The notes: generated by a model not told the origin, from the letters alone. A stretch of DNA of 64,000 nucleotides from Paraglomus brasilianum (GCA_910592345.1 CAJVPI010000024.1:1-64000); one strand, 5' to 3'. Numbered from the stretch's first letter, positions 25,426 to 38,717 are shown. Program-made: numbers and translations.

Positions 25426-26475
25426 AACGGTTCTACTGAATACGAAACGGTTGCAAATGTGGTTCAAAAATGATTCCGAGAGAGAAGTTTGCTGAATTAC
25501 GTGAGGCGTTTCAAGCTCTTTCTAGATCCGAACAAGATATATTTTTAATGGCCCAGCTGAAAACAATGAATGGTGGAGAAATAACTGCCAGCCAACGTCT
25601 GAAAAAGAAGACGCGTACTAATAAAAGAACTTTTTACTATTGGAATCGCAATACGCCGCTTTGTCAGAAAACGTATCACAATATGTTAAGGCATTGGTCG
25701 CACTCCTTCGAAAACGTCAGAAACCATCTAGCATAATACCACGTGTTCATTGTAACGTAAAAAGAATACTGCGATGGAAAATCAAAATAGCCATTGGTAT
25801 AATCATTGCTATTGAAGTGAAGAATTTTCTTGAGAATTATGCTGAAATCCATGGACTACCAAGTCCTGGTAGAAACGTCAACTAAATTACTCAATCGCTT
25901 ACACTTTTGCCAGCTGAAACGAGTTACAAATCGGTCTATCGTGATTTTATTGCGGGTTTCGAAAACGAAAGCACGATGAAATTGTTAAAATATGATGCGT
26001 TTCCGCAAGTTATGGCACCAATTAACTCCTTATATTCAAATTATGAGACCAAGAACGGATTTATGTGATATTTGTCAGCATTTTCGGAACGGCTTTCAGT
26101 ATAATACTCGTAAGAAAGAAGAAGCAAAAATTTTACTGAAAAAATTCAAAGAACATCTAGTTAAGGCTAAATTAGAGAGAAACTATACAACAAAAATACG
26201 AAATTAGCAGAACAGAGGAAATTAGTAAATGAACATTTTATGACGATAAGTAAAGCTAATTATTGTAGAGTTGACGCTACTGCTCATTATAGTTACGATT
26301 GAGCGCAAAACGTTCACGTTCCCCATTCTGATCAACAGGTGTAAGTAAGATTTATTATCTCAGTCCGCTTAAAGGGCATTTACTGTATTTGGTATTCAAG
26401 ATGAAGCAGTGCCGAACAAATTAATTATGTTCTCGATGAAGACGAAATTATCGACAAAGGCCCTAATGGTACGCT
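25426..26475 (+). mobile_element. Degenerate DNA-transposon transposase (Sola2-like), truncated
   Basis: Across frames: GCKCG, QDIFLMAQL, PLCQKTY, FLENYAEIHGLPSPGR, LLPAETSYKSVY, FRKLWHQLTPYIQIMRPRTDLCDICQ, HLVKAKLER, HYSYD*AQNVHVPHSDQQ, IYYLSP, FGIQDE, INYVLDEDEIIDKGPNGT. Multiple frameshifts and stops. Confidence 0.75.
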
Positions 26476-26572
26476 TTTAATTTTTAAAGCTTAAAACAGT
26501 TATATATACACTTCATATACCCTCATAAAATAATAAGTATATAGATAGAATAAATAAAATAGACAAAAAATT

Positions 26573-27245
26573 ATGGTAGACAATTTAGAAACTCAAAAAC
26601 AAAAAAAAAAAAACGAGGATTATTAAACGAAATAGAGTTATTAGAAAAAAAAACAATTAGAAGATGAATTTAAGTTGAGAACTTGAAATGCGGTTGACAA
26701 TGCTGTAAAAGAATATATGGTTGAAACTTTAACATCCTTACAAAGATTTAAAATGGTTGAGTAAGTTATCCAGAAAGAAATTTAACTGAATTTGGAAAAG
26801 TTGTTTTCAGTGATGAATTCACTCCTGAGAAAAGTTTTGCTAATGAAGTATAATATTATGAGCTTTTTTTTTTAAAAAAAATAAGGAATTGGAAAAAAAG
26901 AATACTGTTTTAGAAAAAAAAGTTGACGAGTTAGAGAAAGCAATCAAGAATATGAAGAAAAAGTTCAACAGGTAGAAGCTAAACAAGAAGAATTGGAAAT
27001 GAGAGTAAAAGAGTTGGAAGAAAGAATAGAAATAGAGCAGGAAGAGGCCATCAAAGCATTAGAGAAATCTGATGAATGGTACAAGAGAAAAGTTTTTGAG
27101 TTAGGCATGAAAGAATATTCGAGTAATCAAATTGTGATTAAAAATCCAAGAATTAGAATTTAAGGATGAACAAATAATTAAACTATCTAAACCAACCAAA
27201 CTTCAAAAAGTTTAAAAGTCAGCAAAAGCAAAAGCTGTATTTCGA
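26573..27245 (+). pseudogene. Decayed A-rich, intron-less coiled-coil ORF resembling Mollicutes-endobacterial genes
   Basis: MVDNLETQKQ..LLNEIELLEKK QLEDEFKLRT(TGA)NAVDNAVKEYMVETL..KNKELEKKNTVLEKKVDELEK..QQVEAKQEELEMRVKELEERIEIEQEEAIKALEKSDEWYKRKVFEL. Strong purine skew; frameshifts, several in poly-A runs. Confidence 0.55.
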
Positions 27246-30200
27246 TACAGTAACAGCGAAACTTTAGAAGCATCGAAACCTATTCAGATACGAGTTGCCC
27301 AGAAAAACGTGCAGATTGTGAAAATTATACCTTCAATTTTGGGCAAACTTGACCCTTAATTTTGTAATGCATTTTGATAATATTATTATGTTATTTGCTT
27401 GTCCATTAAGAAAACACATTGTTAAAGAATGTGTGGCTGAAGAATAATGTGCATTTGAAAAGTTTTTTTTTAAAACCGTTTTTATGTAAATTTCCAAATT
27501 TTTGCAAACTCTGCTTATTGTGAATCTAAAGAGTCAACAATCTCAATAAACAAATGAGCCATTGAAGAGTAATGGCCATTTAAAGACAGACACTTGCATC
27601 ATACATCCTCTCCCACTTTCCTCTCCCCACACTCCTCCCTCATTCTTGAACTCTTACATTGCTTCTACTTTTTTGTCTATCTTCAGAGCTTTATTTCTTA
27701 CTTATTACTATAGTTCACATTCATATTATACAAGTATCCTTTTCACCAAGAGTGTTTCTTCGTCGTGCTGATTTCTCTAAGTAATAGTGAGTCTGATATA
27801 TGACTCCAGAGTTAGTGGAATAAACATTTTTTAATAAGAATATCTGCAATAAATACTAGCTAACAGTTTGCAATGTTAAATGTATGGGTATTATACCGTT
27901 TATTAACTTTCAAGCTTTAAAATGTTATATGATATGTTTTGCTCGTTGTAAAATTAGAGTAATTTAAATAATTGTTAACTCTTGATCTATTAGCCTTGCG
28001 ACATGCAAATATAGCAATTGTAAGTCCAACCAATCTTTTATCTCATCTTTCTATCGCATTATGATTGTGAGAAAGTCATTTCACAGTGCTGACGTCCGAT
28101 GTGTCATTATTACTGTGTCGCGTGTCCGGGCCATACCACATGACTACTGCGAAGTAAAATAGTCATGCGCATTACATTTGATGAACAAGCTTTTACATGA
28201 TACAAATTAATCAATGAAATATTGACACCAAATTACTAATTTCTTTTCCATTGATTTGAAGAACAGTTTGACTTGTCACAACATAAGAATTTTATTCTTA
28301 ACCTAGCGCGTACTCTCTTACTTTGGATATTAAAACCTGCCACACCTCAATCAGTTTCAAGCAGATAACTCTTTCTGAAACCCAAATAGAAAAAGATATT
28401 TAGCCTCCTTATTATTATAGTACATTCAGTTTCAATGCTTTTCATTCCATCTCTGTCATACTCAATCAAAAGCATCGGTATTTCCCCTGTGTAGGTGGCA
28501 AGTTGTTGATTTTATCAGTGTACTCAATAGCATATATTATGAAATGCTTGATATACTTTTGAATCACTTGGGACATTTCATTTATAATTAGGCGTTGCAA
28601 TATGTCAGCTTTTCTGTTTGGATAACATACGTTGAACGTTAATGCCTTTCTGCATTTCACGTGCTGCACATTAATAACCTATGATAAACGGGGACAATTT
28701 GAATATGAAGTACTATTACGAGCTATACAAAGCGTTAACACCCGGTAGCATAAGCATTGGCTATTCACATTTATTATGGGATATATTTATATATTAAAAC
28801 TCTGGTTTTCAATACAAAATGCAATTAGGGATGCTACGCTAATTTCCCCAGCTACACTAGTATGTAGATATGATATTCGTTTTGGCAATATTCATCGGAT
28901 AGGAAGATAAAGATAATCTGTGGGAAATGAAGAGCTTTTTGAATATGCCGTAAAACGACAACAATAAACTTTAATTGGCTATAAATAGCAGCAACGTCAT
29001 TCTCAGCGAGACATGAATATTGGTCAAACTGAGCGGTTTTGGGTAACTACTAACACATTTTTCGGCGAAAGACATGTTTGCACAATCTTAGTTGAAGCCT
29101 TCGGGGAAATTCTCCCTGTGGTTTTGGCCAAGCCAAATAAGTTGACGTCACATGTTCTCTTTTCTTTGTTCCCGGAACTGCTGACCCAACCCATTGTGTC
29201 TTAAGAGAGAATAAGGGTTGTTTTTTGTCGGAATTTGGCAGATATTTTTTCCTTTATTCGGATTACAAGCAAAATCTTTGTGAAATTTCTTCAAACGCTT
29301 CTACATTCTCCTATTAATATTCCTATTCTTCGTATTTGTTAATGCTGGGGGATTTGATTGTGCTGAATGAATTGCATCATACTAAATATATTAACCAATG
29401 ATTTCACGTAGAACTGTTTCCATTGTTTGTGTCTACTGTATCAGATTTTATTATTACATTCAAAAAAGCCTCGCAGATTTCCATGTGTGTAATCCAAATA
29501 CTGTATGTATTACCGAAATGTATTAGATCAGACAGGTCAGCTAAGCTGCGTTAAAGTCATCAAATGAGGCTGGTTGTTGATGTAAACATCGGATAATCAT
29601 CGCCATCTAGTAATTGGTGTGTGTAGATTTCTATTTGTGTGTCTGGGTGGTGTCTGGGTGTGTGTCTGGTGTGTGTGACTGACACTGATCGATACCTTCG
29701 GTGTCCGTTGTCCGTTATCCGTTGTGTAGTGTCTCGTGGTCAACGTCTACTATGATTACTATGATTGTACTGCACGCGTCGAATGACGTATTGTGTTTGT
29801 GACAATAGTAACAATTTACGATACAGAGGATGTGTAGGGGTAGAAAAATGAAGTAATATCGGTACGGACAATAAGCGACGGTGCAGGTTACGATTAGGTA
29901 ATGTCGGTGGCGTCAGGGGAAAGTAAAAATTGCCTTATTACCTTACAGCTTTGTGATGATACCAAATATGCTCAACAAACAGGAGAATGCTAAATGTATA
30001 TAATTATACTATAACACAAAATTAGTAATAATTTTACTTGCCTATTTATTCTGTCGATTCTTTTTGTTCTTTTTATGCATTTACCCTACTGTATTTATTT
30101 ATACAATCTTCATCTATCTGTCCATAAACAATGTCAAGTGCTTGTGTTGATTGATTATGTTATCTCTTTCCCTATTTCCCTAACAACCTCCCCCCCCCCC

Positions 30201-30359
30201 GCCTTACCTATAACATAATTCGCCTCACGCTTTGTTATTTTTTTTTTTATTATCATATTATTTCGTATATATACTCCACTCTCAGACGCCACTCCTTTCT
30301 TTTTCTCCCCCCCGACTGTATAAACGACCCCCCCACTTGTACAAATATACATACACACT

Positions 30360-33233
30360 ATGACACGATCTATTATATGCTGTATATTATTACTGCTTAT
30401 TCTATTACTGCTGAGCGGAAAAGACGAGCGAATACCGGCAACTTTACTCAAAGATGTACTCGATAGAACAATAGCGGAAAAGCTATCACTGGCAGATCAG
30501 ATTTATGAAGAGGACCGGACGAGCGTAAGTGTACAATACGAAAGGACAAGGGTTCGATATCTTGGTCCGAGAATTAGTAATATCCGTCTTTACAAACATA
30601 GACTATTGAAATGGCAGAGTATCTCTTGTCATAATTACCTCCACTTGTTATTGCCAATATTGATATGATGTTTCCGTTTCCCGTTTGCTATATCACTAAT
30701 TACAAACAATCTATCTATCCAACGATCAAACAATACATCACGTGGTCAATATCCATCAACAGCCTCTTCGCGATCACATTCTATCCACAAATGTCATGTC
30801 GTCCCCATCATCTCAATTCTACCCAAACATTACTGGAATTTTCAAAGGACAATCAATAACTTATAATAACAGCACGCTTCTGATCGAGTCGGCATCTTCT
30901 TCATCACCGTCATCACCTCCTTCTTCTTCACCATCATCACCATCATCATCTATATCTTCATCGGCCTCTTCCTTTACTTTGAATGTGAGATCTGCGATCA
31001 CGAGAGATGTCGATATTAATTATGTCGAGGGAAATCTGAGAATGAAGAACGGAAACAGTGAAGTATATTTAAGTCTATATGGAGTCCATTTTGTTAATAA
31101 TGGAAGTGTATATATGAGCGCGGCCGAGAGGTAATAAATTACATGGACTCGATAGATCATCCACGATATATTCGGCAGAGAACACATTAATTCATTGTTC
31201 TTTGTCTTTTGTAGGAATCAGCTATGGTTTGAAGATTTACTACGAAGTATGCCATCCGAGGCGTTGTTTGACAAAATAAAACCTCTCTTACTTTCAATAA
31301 TTAATGACAAGATCAGAAAGTATGATGAAATGTTTATTCGTGGGGAAGAAACGATAGTCGAACATGGTGAGATATTACCGGAACCTTTGCACACTGATCG
31401 ATGCTATTGATACCTTGCAACTACAACTTTATTATGCTTACATTCATATTAATATATTTCTCTTATCTTACCAACCAGTCCCTGTACACACAACTCCAGC
31501 ATCTTGCCGTTATGTTCTCTTACTTCAACTGCATCCACTTTCCCCATCCACATCTGCATCACCCGATCTTTCTCAAACTATATTTCACAAAACTCTTACT
31601 TCTTTCCGCATCCCACTACTCTCTGCCTCTCTGTTCACCTACTCTCCCGACTGCAAAGTGAGTTCAATTAGTCAAGATGTAAAGGGAATACAGCTGATAA
31701 AGTATTATTCGAAAGCAGTCAGTTATGCTATCATGGCCTGTTTAGTGACTGTCGTGCAGATTTACTTGGTTCGAATGCAGATCAAATACAATTCTTCGGC
31801 ACTGGTAAGTAGTATGGCATGAGGAATTAGGGGGGTAATTAATGATTGAGTGTATATACAACAGGAAAATAGTGAATCATTTAGTAATCCAAGGTAGTGT
31901 CCGTTTATTTGTTAATTCCCTCATACCTCAACATTAGGGTCTTTCGCGAGTCTCTTATTGGACGATAGCAGTTCAAGCAATAATGGACGGGTATCTCTGT
32001 CTTCTTCACATAACCACAGGGATTCTGATAGGTAGTTATATAATTTTGATTATAACTCGTTCTTTTAAACTCCTGAATAACAGTTCTCACACTCGATTTA
32101 TCGACCCCCAAAATCAGAGTCTGTCTTCTTTCCTTTGGCATCGGCGGCATTCTTTTCCTTTGTGCTCGTTTCCTTATTCGAGATGCGATATCTACTGGCA
32201 ATTTGGCATGTGCAAAAGTCAGAAGTCGTTTCCGTCAGAAGTGGCGTTGGAATCGTTACACAACGTGGGACCACGAGCGCACCACACGGAAGAATGCATT
32301 CGTCCCCGTTACCCTCCGCAAATGACTCTAAAAGTGAACTAGGCGGTATCTGTGCTAAATGTTATGTCGGTCTACTCGTTGGAGTGTTCATAATTATACG
32401 GTCTGCCTCGTTCTCGGATCTTTTCCAAGACATTGTTGCAATCTTATTAGTCTTGTCGATGTTCAGTTTCTGGGTCCCTCAAATATTGAGGAACGTTATT
32501 CGCAACACGAGAAGAGGGTTGAATCTATATTATGTTGTTGGAATGTCGTTTACTCGTCTCGTTATGCCGCTTTGTAAGTATATGGATATTATTTGAGGGA
32601 AACTTGCGTATTTATAGAACCAGCAATATAGTGTAGTTGATCCATGATAGCATTTTAACCCAACCACAAACTCTTTTTAACCAGATTTCCTTGCGTGTCC
32701 GAAGAATGTTCTCGGGAGAGAGCCTTCGCCATTGATTTATGTGATTATGTCGTATGTAGGAGCACAAGTGCTTATTCTTATTGCTCAAGAGTGCTTCGGG
32801 CCGAGATTTTTTGTTCCTGCTAAAGTAAGTCATATTTGTCAAATCGATGATATTAAGCCGCTAGATACCAAATTCAACGTCGAAACTAACTTATCTGATT
32901 CTATGGTTTCGATTTGTTACAAAGTATCTTCCTCCAACGCACGATTATCATCCAATCCTGGATGAGATGTTAGCTGCAGGCCGTTGCTGTGCCATCTGCA
33001 TGACTGCAGTCGATGTTTCCGAAAGAAAGTCAAGAAATGAGCATATGGTGACGCCGTGCTGTCATGTGTTCCATACTGGGTGTTTGGAACAGGTAAGCTT
33101 TACTTTGATACTTATGAATTCGTTGGTTGCTGCTATGAGCGAACTTTTGTCTTACATATTTTTTATTGAATTATAGTGGATGAAAATTAAACTCGAGTGT
33201 CCGATATGTCGTTCTCATCTGCCAATTTCTTAA
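30360..33233 (+). CDS. TUL1: Transmembrane RING-H2 E3 ubiquitin ligase (Tul1/Dsc1 family), multi-exon
   Basis: N-terminal hydrophobic segment, FYPNITGIFKG, LYGVHFVNNG, YSPDC, QAIMDGYLCLLH, LFEMRYLL, SFWVPQI.RN, QECFGPRFFVP, C-terminal CAICM..MVTPCCHVFHTGCLEQWMKIKLECPICR*. Confidence 0.92.
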
Positions 33234-35263
33234 CATCTGTATTATTTTCTGAATACATTGATTCTTCCTTTTTGTAAATTTTTCGCAAGCGAAGAAATAA
33301 TGTATCATATCACCGATGAGGATATGAAAAATTCTCCTTGTATGTACAGTTGTATTCATTTGGAAGAAACAAACAAACCAACCAAACCTTTTTTTTTATA
33401 TTCTGTATATGTTTTATTTTTTTTTCTTTTGCGTCTGTTAAAAGGCACGTCTTGTACAAATATTTGAACTGGAATATGAGAATGGCATTCGATGTATATG
33501 ATCAAAATCACGCGTTGTCATCCAATAAAAATAAAAATGGAATTCAACGTTCTGAACGTCTGCGCATTTATGAATATAGAGAGAAAGGCTTAAAAAAACC
33601 TACTGATGGGAGATGTTCAGCCACAAACAAAAAGTGATAACATTAATCAATATACATATCTAAATTCAATATCAAGTACGTTTATAGACATTATTAAAGT
33701 ACCATAGTAATAGTGACACATAATCAAAACACCAATAAAAATCGATGCGGTCCATCAGTAAGACTCAAATGCACTCCCTAGGGACCTTGACATAAGCATG
33801 CATTTGTGAAAGGGGAGTGGTGACTTTTACGTTGGACAAGAAATTCATTATATATTATTATTATACCCGTTATTCATGCAACAAAACCGGAAAAGTGATC
33901 TTTTTGTGGCTTGCGTCGATGCTTTGATTGAATGCAATGGGACCAAGTACGCATCTATTAAAAATGTCAATAGTCTAAAAATCGTATTAGTGTCAGGGAC
34001 AGCTTATATTTCATAAAGTGAACTGATCGATTTTATTCCAAGCGTTTTGCTGGAGCAGTAGATAATGCTTAACTCATCATCACGGGATTTTCTCTTATTG
34101 AAAAGATCAAGCCTCAAATATGGTGTCGATATGAATTGCTCTTTTGATTTTCTCGTTAGCAGATGATACGATTTACCATGTTTTTGGGCCAATACTCTTT
34201 TGATTCATCATTCACAGACTGCAAATTCGCATCTTCAGAATAATAAGTTTTATTAATAACACCATCGCCTTCTAATATACTATAAGGGAAGTTACCAAGT
34301 CCCAATTTCCACTAAATTGCAAGACGATCCATTTGAGACATGTGACGCAAAACTCATCAACATATTTTTGCGTCTTGGATGATAGTGTCGATTTCTTCAT
34401 TGCTGCCAGTCCAACTGAACATTACACTTGTTGATTTGTATAAATATACTGTTTACTATTATTTTCTAGCTCCTAATTCTACTTTATGTTGTATTGTCAT
34501 CATGTCCACTTGTATTCATTTGTTCAGTCAATTATCCAATTATATTGCACATTATATGAAACTCTACCAATGCCTAATGCGGGCATAATTAAATATAAAA
34601 TAGCCATTTTTTGTGTAAAATTAAACAATTGTAGTGTAAGTCGCTGATAAGCCTTGAAAATCACCTTTATACTTTAATGTTACAGTCCAGTAAGAGTAAG
34701 TAAGATATTTTCATTAAAGTAATGCAAGCCAGGAACACGTTATTGCCGTTTAAAAAATTTATTATAGTAAAAGATTCCCTATTATTATATATTGTAGTGT
34801 AGAGCATTAATCTAAGACAGTTTGTTTAAAGTTTCCTGTTAGAGAGATTATTACAGTAATATTACTTCACGTGTCAACAATAATCGAGTCTATCCGTCGA
34901 CTTGGAGTAGCGTATTAATGAGACAGCTATAATGGATAATAACTTTTTTACAAACATATAACTCCAGGTCCGTAGTGTAATGAAAACCTTACAATTATGT
35001 GCCTGTAGTTTACTATAAATTAAGCGTCAGCAATAATATTAAATAGTAGCACTAAAAAAATGATAGATCATAAACAAGACGTTAGGTTATCATAGTTGCA
35101 CATACAAAGTTTTTTGTGGTCTGCAACGTACGGAAAAATCAGAGCGCGATATAACCATCTTGGCTGTGTAATCCACCTGAAGTAAGTAACGGACCCCTTT
35201 AATTTTAGCTTGCAGAATATGCTACATGAACAAATTACGCGGCGCATCCGTTAATTGTTTGAT

Positions 35264-35640
35264 ACAGTCGACCTCCCCTACAGTTACAGGCTGTTTCGGT
35301 CCCTGCCATTTTTATAGTAAATTTCCTCCCTTAGAGTGTCATCCCCGGTATCGTGTAACATTCAAAATAGAACTTTAAATATAATCACGCATTGATGAAA
35401 AAAGTATCATTAGCTTCACAATGTCCAAAGTGTGCAAGAGTTCATACAAAACAAGGTCCCCGGTTGAATCTAGATACTAAACGCAAAATTCTAGACGACA
35501 TCCAGCATGGCGAAATAGCAAACTATTCTAATAAGAAATTTAACCTTTCCATAGATCGCTCACTGTTAGTAAAATTTTAACAAAAAAAGAAAAATGGCTT
35601 GATCTTCCTCCAAGTAACCAGACTACTACCAGTACAATTG
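35264..35640 (+). mobile_element. pogo/Tigger-like (Tc1-mariner) 5' remnant with CENP-B-type HTH
   Basis: TA|CAGTCGACCTCCC TIR-like start near 35264, followed by RLNLDTKRKILDD..KKFNLSIDRS..KKEKWL. Truncated. Confidence 0.55.
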
Positions 35641-36079
35641 AAGGAAGCTCGAATATAAGTATAATACTAGTGATTGGACTAGCATGAATACGACGAGCAC
35701 GAAAATATCTAAATTGTTTGAAATCATTTTTGCGTATTTCCGCGATACAACTTGTGATTTCGCACTAATTATTGCACGCGTTTGCGTTATTGGAATAATA
35801 GCGAAGCCATTACCGAGTAAGGAGATTTGCGAGTGATTTATTGACAAAAGGATGTGCATTTATCTTGGATCAGTCTGTTCGTAATTTGACTTAATTGGCA
35901 AACCGAATATTCAAAACTATCCGTATCGGTATAGCAAAGATGCCAAATAAGTATCGGACCCCCTTAATTTTAATTTGCCCAACAATCCACATAATAATTG
36001 TTTCCAAAATTTTTATATATTATAACCTAGATTTTTGTTGACATATCCTACCCCTTCTAATTAGGGACAGGAGTGAGTA

Positions 36080-36300
36080 GATGCTTTGACCATATAGTGT
36101 ATAAAAAACCCTAATAACATGTAAAATTTTAGCTCAATTGGATGTCTCTAGAAAAATTTTCAAATAGCAAATGTTTTTACCTCAAGGTAAATCATGCCCA
36201 TGTGCGGTTTCGGTCATAAAAAATATCTCGACGCTTTTCTAACCAAATTTCGTGATCTTTTATTTATTTTGTTCTTCCGCATCAGAATACATTTATATAA
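36080..36300. mobile_element. Probable DNA-transposon subterminal/MITE remnant
   Basis: Motifs such as TGTAAAATTTTAGCTCAATTGG and CCAAATTTCGTGATCTTT resemble DNA-TE subterminal sequence. No partner TIR was identified. Confidence 0.3.
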
Positions 36301-36839
36301 TTTTTAAACAGATTACTGTGTGATCGCTACTACAGAATGCGAACGATAATGATGTTGATTGATCTTTATGGGCGTTTATTGTCTTCTAATTCAACTGCAA
36401 AATCCCAAGAATACGTAGAGACAGATCTGACAAACAAAACAAAGAAAAGATCATGCAAATTGGTTAGAAACATGTGGACATATGGGTTTTTGAAGTTCGC
36501 GTTCGAAATAATGACATTGGACATGCGGTTTTTGATATGTCTGCTGTAATAGTAAATTATAGATTTGGTCGGCTCCAGTATTTATTTTGTAAATGACTGA
36601 CAATTAATAGACATGATTCATACTTTACACTATATCAACAGAAATCTAGGCTATTACTATGACGTAAAAATTTTGGAGGGGCTACTTATTCAGGGACTGT
36701 ATTAGTATTAGTAATTTATTTAATATGAAGATCATCTGACTCCCGCGCAAATCACTTGACGTCGGGAAAGATAGCACACCTACTACTACTACTACGTTTT
36801 CCGGTTCACAATATTCCGCATAGCTATATTCATTTAAAG

Positions 36840-38488
36840 ATGAACATCTTACCTCACAAAAGGTACAAATTTCACTTATGCCTCCCCCAACTCTATGGGT
36901 CAACTCGTCTAATTTTAATTCGACAGTTACCATGTATATAATCTCAAGAATCGTGAAAAAGTACGACGAGACGAAGAGAAAGCTCAAGCTGAAGACGAAG
37001 CAAAAGCCGAGAGAGCCTCAGCTGCAGTAAGTATATATGGTGCAGAGAACATTAAGCATTAGCCGAGGAGCGAAGGAAAGATTACAGCAAGAATTAGAAA
37101 CTTTGCGCGTCCAAAAGCAAAATAATGGAGCCCAATTAATCAAATTATTATTAATCTCCAGCAAGAGATTGAATGATGATTCTTAGAGAAAAGTAGCTTT
37201 GCAAGAGCAAGTTATAGCTTTGCAACAAGCTCCCCTAGATGACTAAGTACAAGTAATATAACCAGGAAAAATCAAATTAATTCGGATGACCCGGGCTACA
37301 AATTATAAAATAGATCAATTGTACAAGCTTCAATTAGACAAAAGAGCACGGTTAATTATTCACGTAAACACACCTCTCCCTACTGTTCTGTGAATCAGGA
37401 ACAAGAATACCGTCTGAATCTCCTCCGGCAACGTGCAAAACAAGAACCAGCTGAGAACACACAGAATGCAAAAGAGAATTTGGGCAGACAAGCGGAAGAA
37501 ATATCATCACAGCACGTTAATTTCTGGGCAGAATTGGAGGAAAAGGTTGGTATTTATGTTGTCAAGCATAGACCGTGATTGATTTGAACGTTGAGGTTTA
37601 TGCTTGATATTCAATGTGCGTGTGTAATAACACATTCCAACTCGCGTTCCTTCAGTCAAATAAAGTAATACGGAAGAATCCAGAGTATGAATCGGAGAAG
37701 AAAGCAAAAGAAGATAAATGGGAAAGGAACGTTACCATGTACTTGGATAACGTTACTAGAAGTTAGTAGATTTGCATTTAATATATTGGAGAGAGGGTGG
37801 AATACAAGATGTGGATGAATCTGTGGAATCATAAGTCGGATCAAACTAGACGTAGTCTCACTAATACGCGAAAAGGATGCTAAACGTCCTGATGCTTCCA
37901 TTTATCTAGATCAAAGTCCGTGGTATAATGCAAGATCAACAGATGTAGAAATAGGTCCTTTGGATAAAGACGGGGAGAAACGAAAAGCAAAAACGTAAGA
38001 AAATTCGGTAATCAGAATTTCAAATCATACATAGTCCTAACAGTACTTCTTCTATCAGACTTCGCGATGCAAAAGCCAAGACCCGTCAAGATCCTCTCTC
38101 AACTATCTCAACATCTCTATCCAAGAGACATAAAAAGTCCAAACGCTCTTCAACTTTATCACTTCCCTCCTCGTCTAAGCACTCACAATCCTCCTTGTCG
38201 TCTTCACAATCCCTATCCACTATTGAAAAACTGAGACAGGAACGTCTCGAGCGCGAGAACCAAGAACGTCTTCGCACCGAACGGCTACTTTCTCAAATAT
38301 CGGGTCACTCTACATCGACAGATCCTGAAGAGAGTGATCTTCCGCGTGGGAAGTATTATTCGCAGTTTAATCCTGAGGCGACTGCTGCTGTGCGGGAGAG
38401 GAGAGGGGACAGAAAGGAAAGATACAGTGATAAATATAGAATTCGGAACGAGGAGAGGAGAGATAAGGAGACATATAGGCCGTATTAG
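36840..38488 (+). CDS. LENG1: LENG1-like protein with Cir_N (CBF1-interacting corepressor N-terminal) domain, 6 exons
   Basis: Spliced: MNILPHKSYHVYNLKNREKVRRDEEKA..EQEYRLNLLRQRAK..HVNFWAELE..NPEYESEKK..SPWY..QDPL..IEKLRQERLERENQERLRTERLL..YYSQFNP. All introns GT-AG. Confidence 0.88.
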
Positions 38489-38717
38489 GAGATTGGATTT
38501 TCTAATAAGATGTAATCCAAGATGAGTATGTAGAGTAGATATTTATTGAGAAATTAATAATTGAATAGGAAAATGTGAATATTATTGTAGTATTTCTGGT
38601 ACGCTCAGGACTCTAATGCAATCGATACATTTAATACAAGCTACCGCATGAAAGTAAACCGCTGGGGTTTGAACCGGAAATTATCTTTTGACATTGCCAA
38701 GTGACGGTAATATGTAA

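Noticed and set aside
29617..29730. TG-rich stretch resembling telomeric repeats
   Set aside because: Irregular low-complexity sequence with no fixed unit such as TTAGGG, and it is internal to the window.
30600..30635. Possible micro-exon followed by a GTATCTCTT (U12-like) donor in TUL1 intron 1
   Set aside because: A single ~237-nt intron (30526-30762) joins the exons in frame; the micro-exon phase does not fit and no U12 branch point was seen.
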